Below, in pieces: positions 63,645 through 64,000 of a stretch of 64,000 nucleotides of DNA. The position numbers were made by a program, and so were the translations under genes. The notes beneath the pieces were generated by a model. The model saw nothing but the letters and a program-made list of their open reading frames with translations, did no database searches and was not told the origin of the DNA. This DNA comes from Pristiophorus japonicus (Eukaryota), in the NCBI RefSeq assembly GCF_044704955.1, contig NC_091986.1, forward strand, positions 191,456,001 to 191,520,000, read 5' to 3'. Each line of letters opens with the position of its first letter. The first letter of the stretch is position 1.

Positions 63645-64000
63645 CGACTGGAAACAGCGAGTAGTGGTGAACGGTTTGTTTTTCGGACTGGAGAAAGGTA
63701 CACAGTGGTGTTTTCCAGGGGTCAGTACAAGGGCCACTGCTTTTCTTGATCTATATTAATGATTTGGACCTGGGTGTACATGACAATTTCAAAATTTGCA
63801 GATGACACAAAACTTGGGAGTATAGTGAACAGTGAGGAAGATAGTGATAGACTTCAAGAAGACACAGGCTGGTGGAATGGGTGGATACGTGGCATATGCA
63901 GTTTAACACAGACAAGTGTGAATTGATACATTTTGGTAGGAAGAACGAGGAGAGGCAATATGAACTAAAGGGTACAGTTCTAAAGAGAGTTGCATGAACA
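63645..64000 (+). mobile_element. CR1 RT fragment running off the window end
   Basis: [27 protein letters not shown]. Confidence 0.88.

Overview
Repeat-dense vertebrate genomic DNA. The CR1/L2/RTE LINEs and DeuSINE-type SINEs suggest a cartilaginous fish (inference). One complete protein-coding gene is recoverable: COA5 (+ strand, 3 coding exons at 13343-13444, 20459-20542 and 21072-21113, 75 aa), driven from a CpG-rich, probably bidirectional promoter at about 12.7-13.4 kb. A second CpG-island promoter with a non-coding first exon lies at about 55.4-56.0 kb; its gene cannot be identified here. Most of the remainder is transposon-derived: three near-full-length, decayed Gypsy LTR elements (1389-5937 +, 32524-37098 +, 39217-45396 -), three solo LTRs, many CR1 fragments, two RTE LINEs, an L2, DeuSINEs, a Tigger-type MITE, a hAT element and a Harbinger remnant. 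Nearly all listed ORFs belong to these repeats. The most interesting patterns are: (i) a CTCF-like motif at the same position and orientation in all nine LTRs across dissimilar families; (ii) several locally templated inverted insertions and micro-inversions, two with donors about 760-770 bp away; (iii) an LTR family with TG...TA ends; (iv) independent loss of the RT catalytic motif in two of three Gypsy copies; (v) a CR1 5' end with tandem TATA-containing monomers. I found no clearly new protein-coding system. All motif and function claims were made by eye and are untested.
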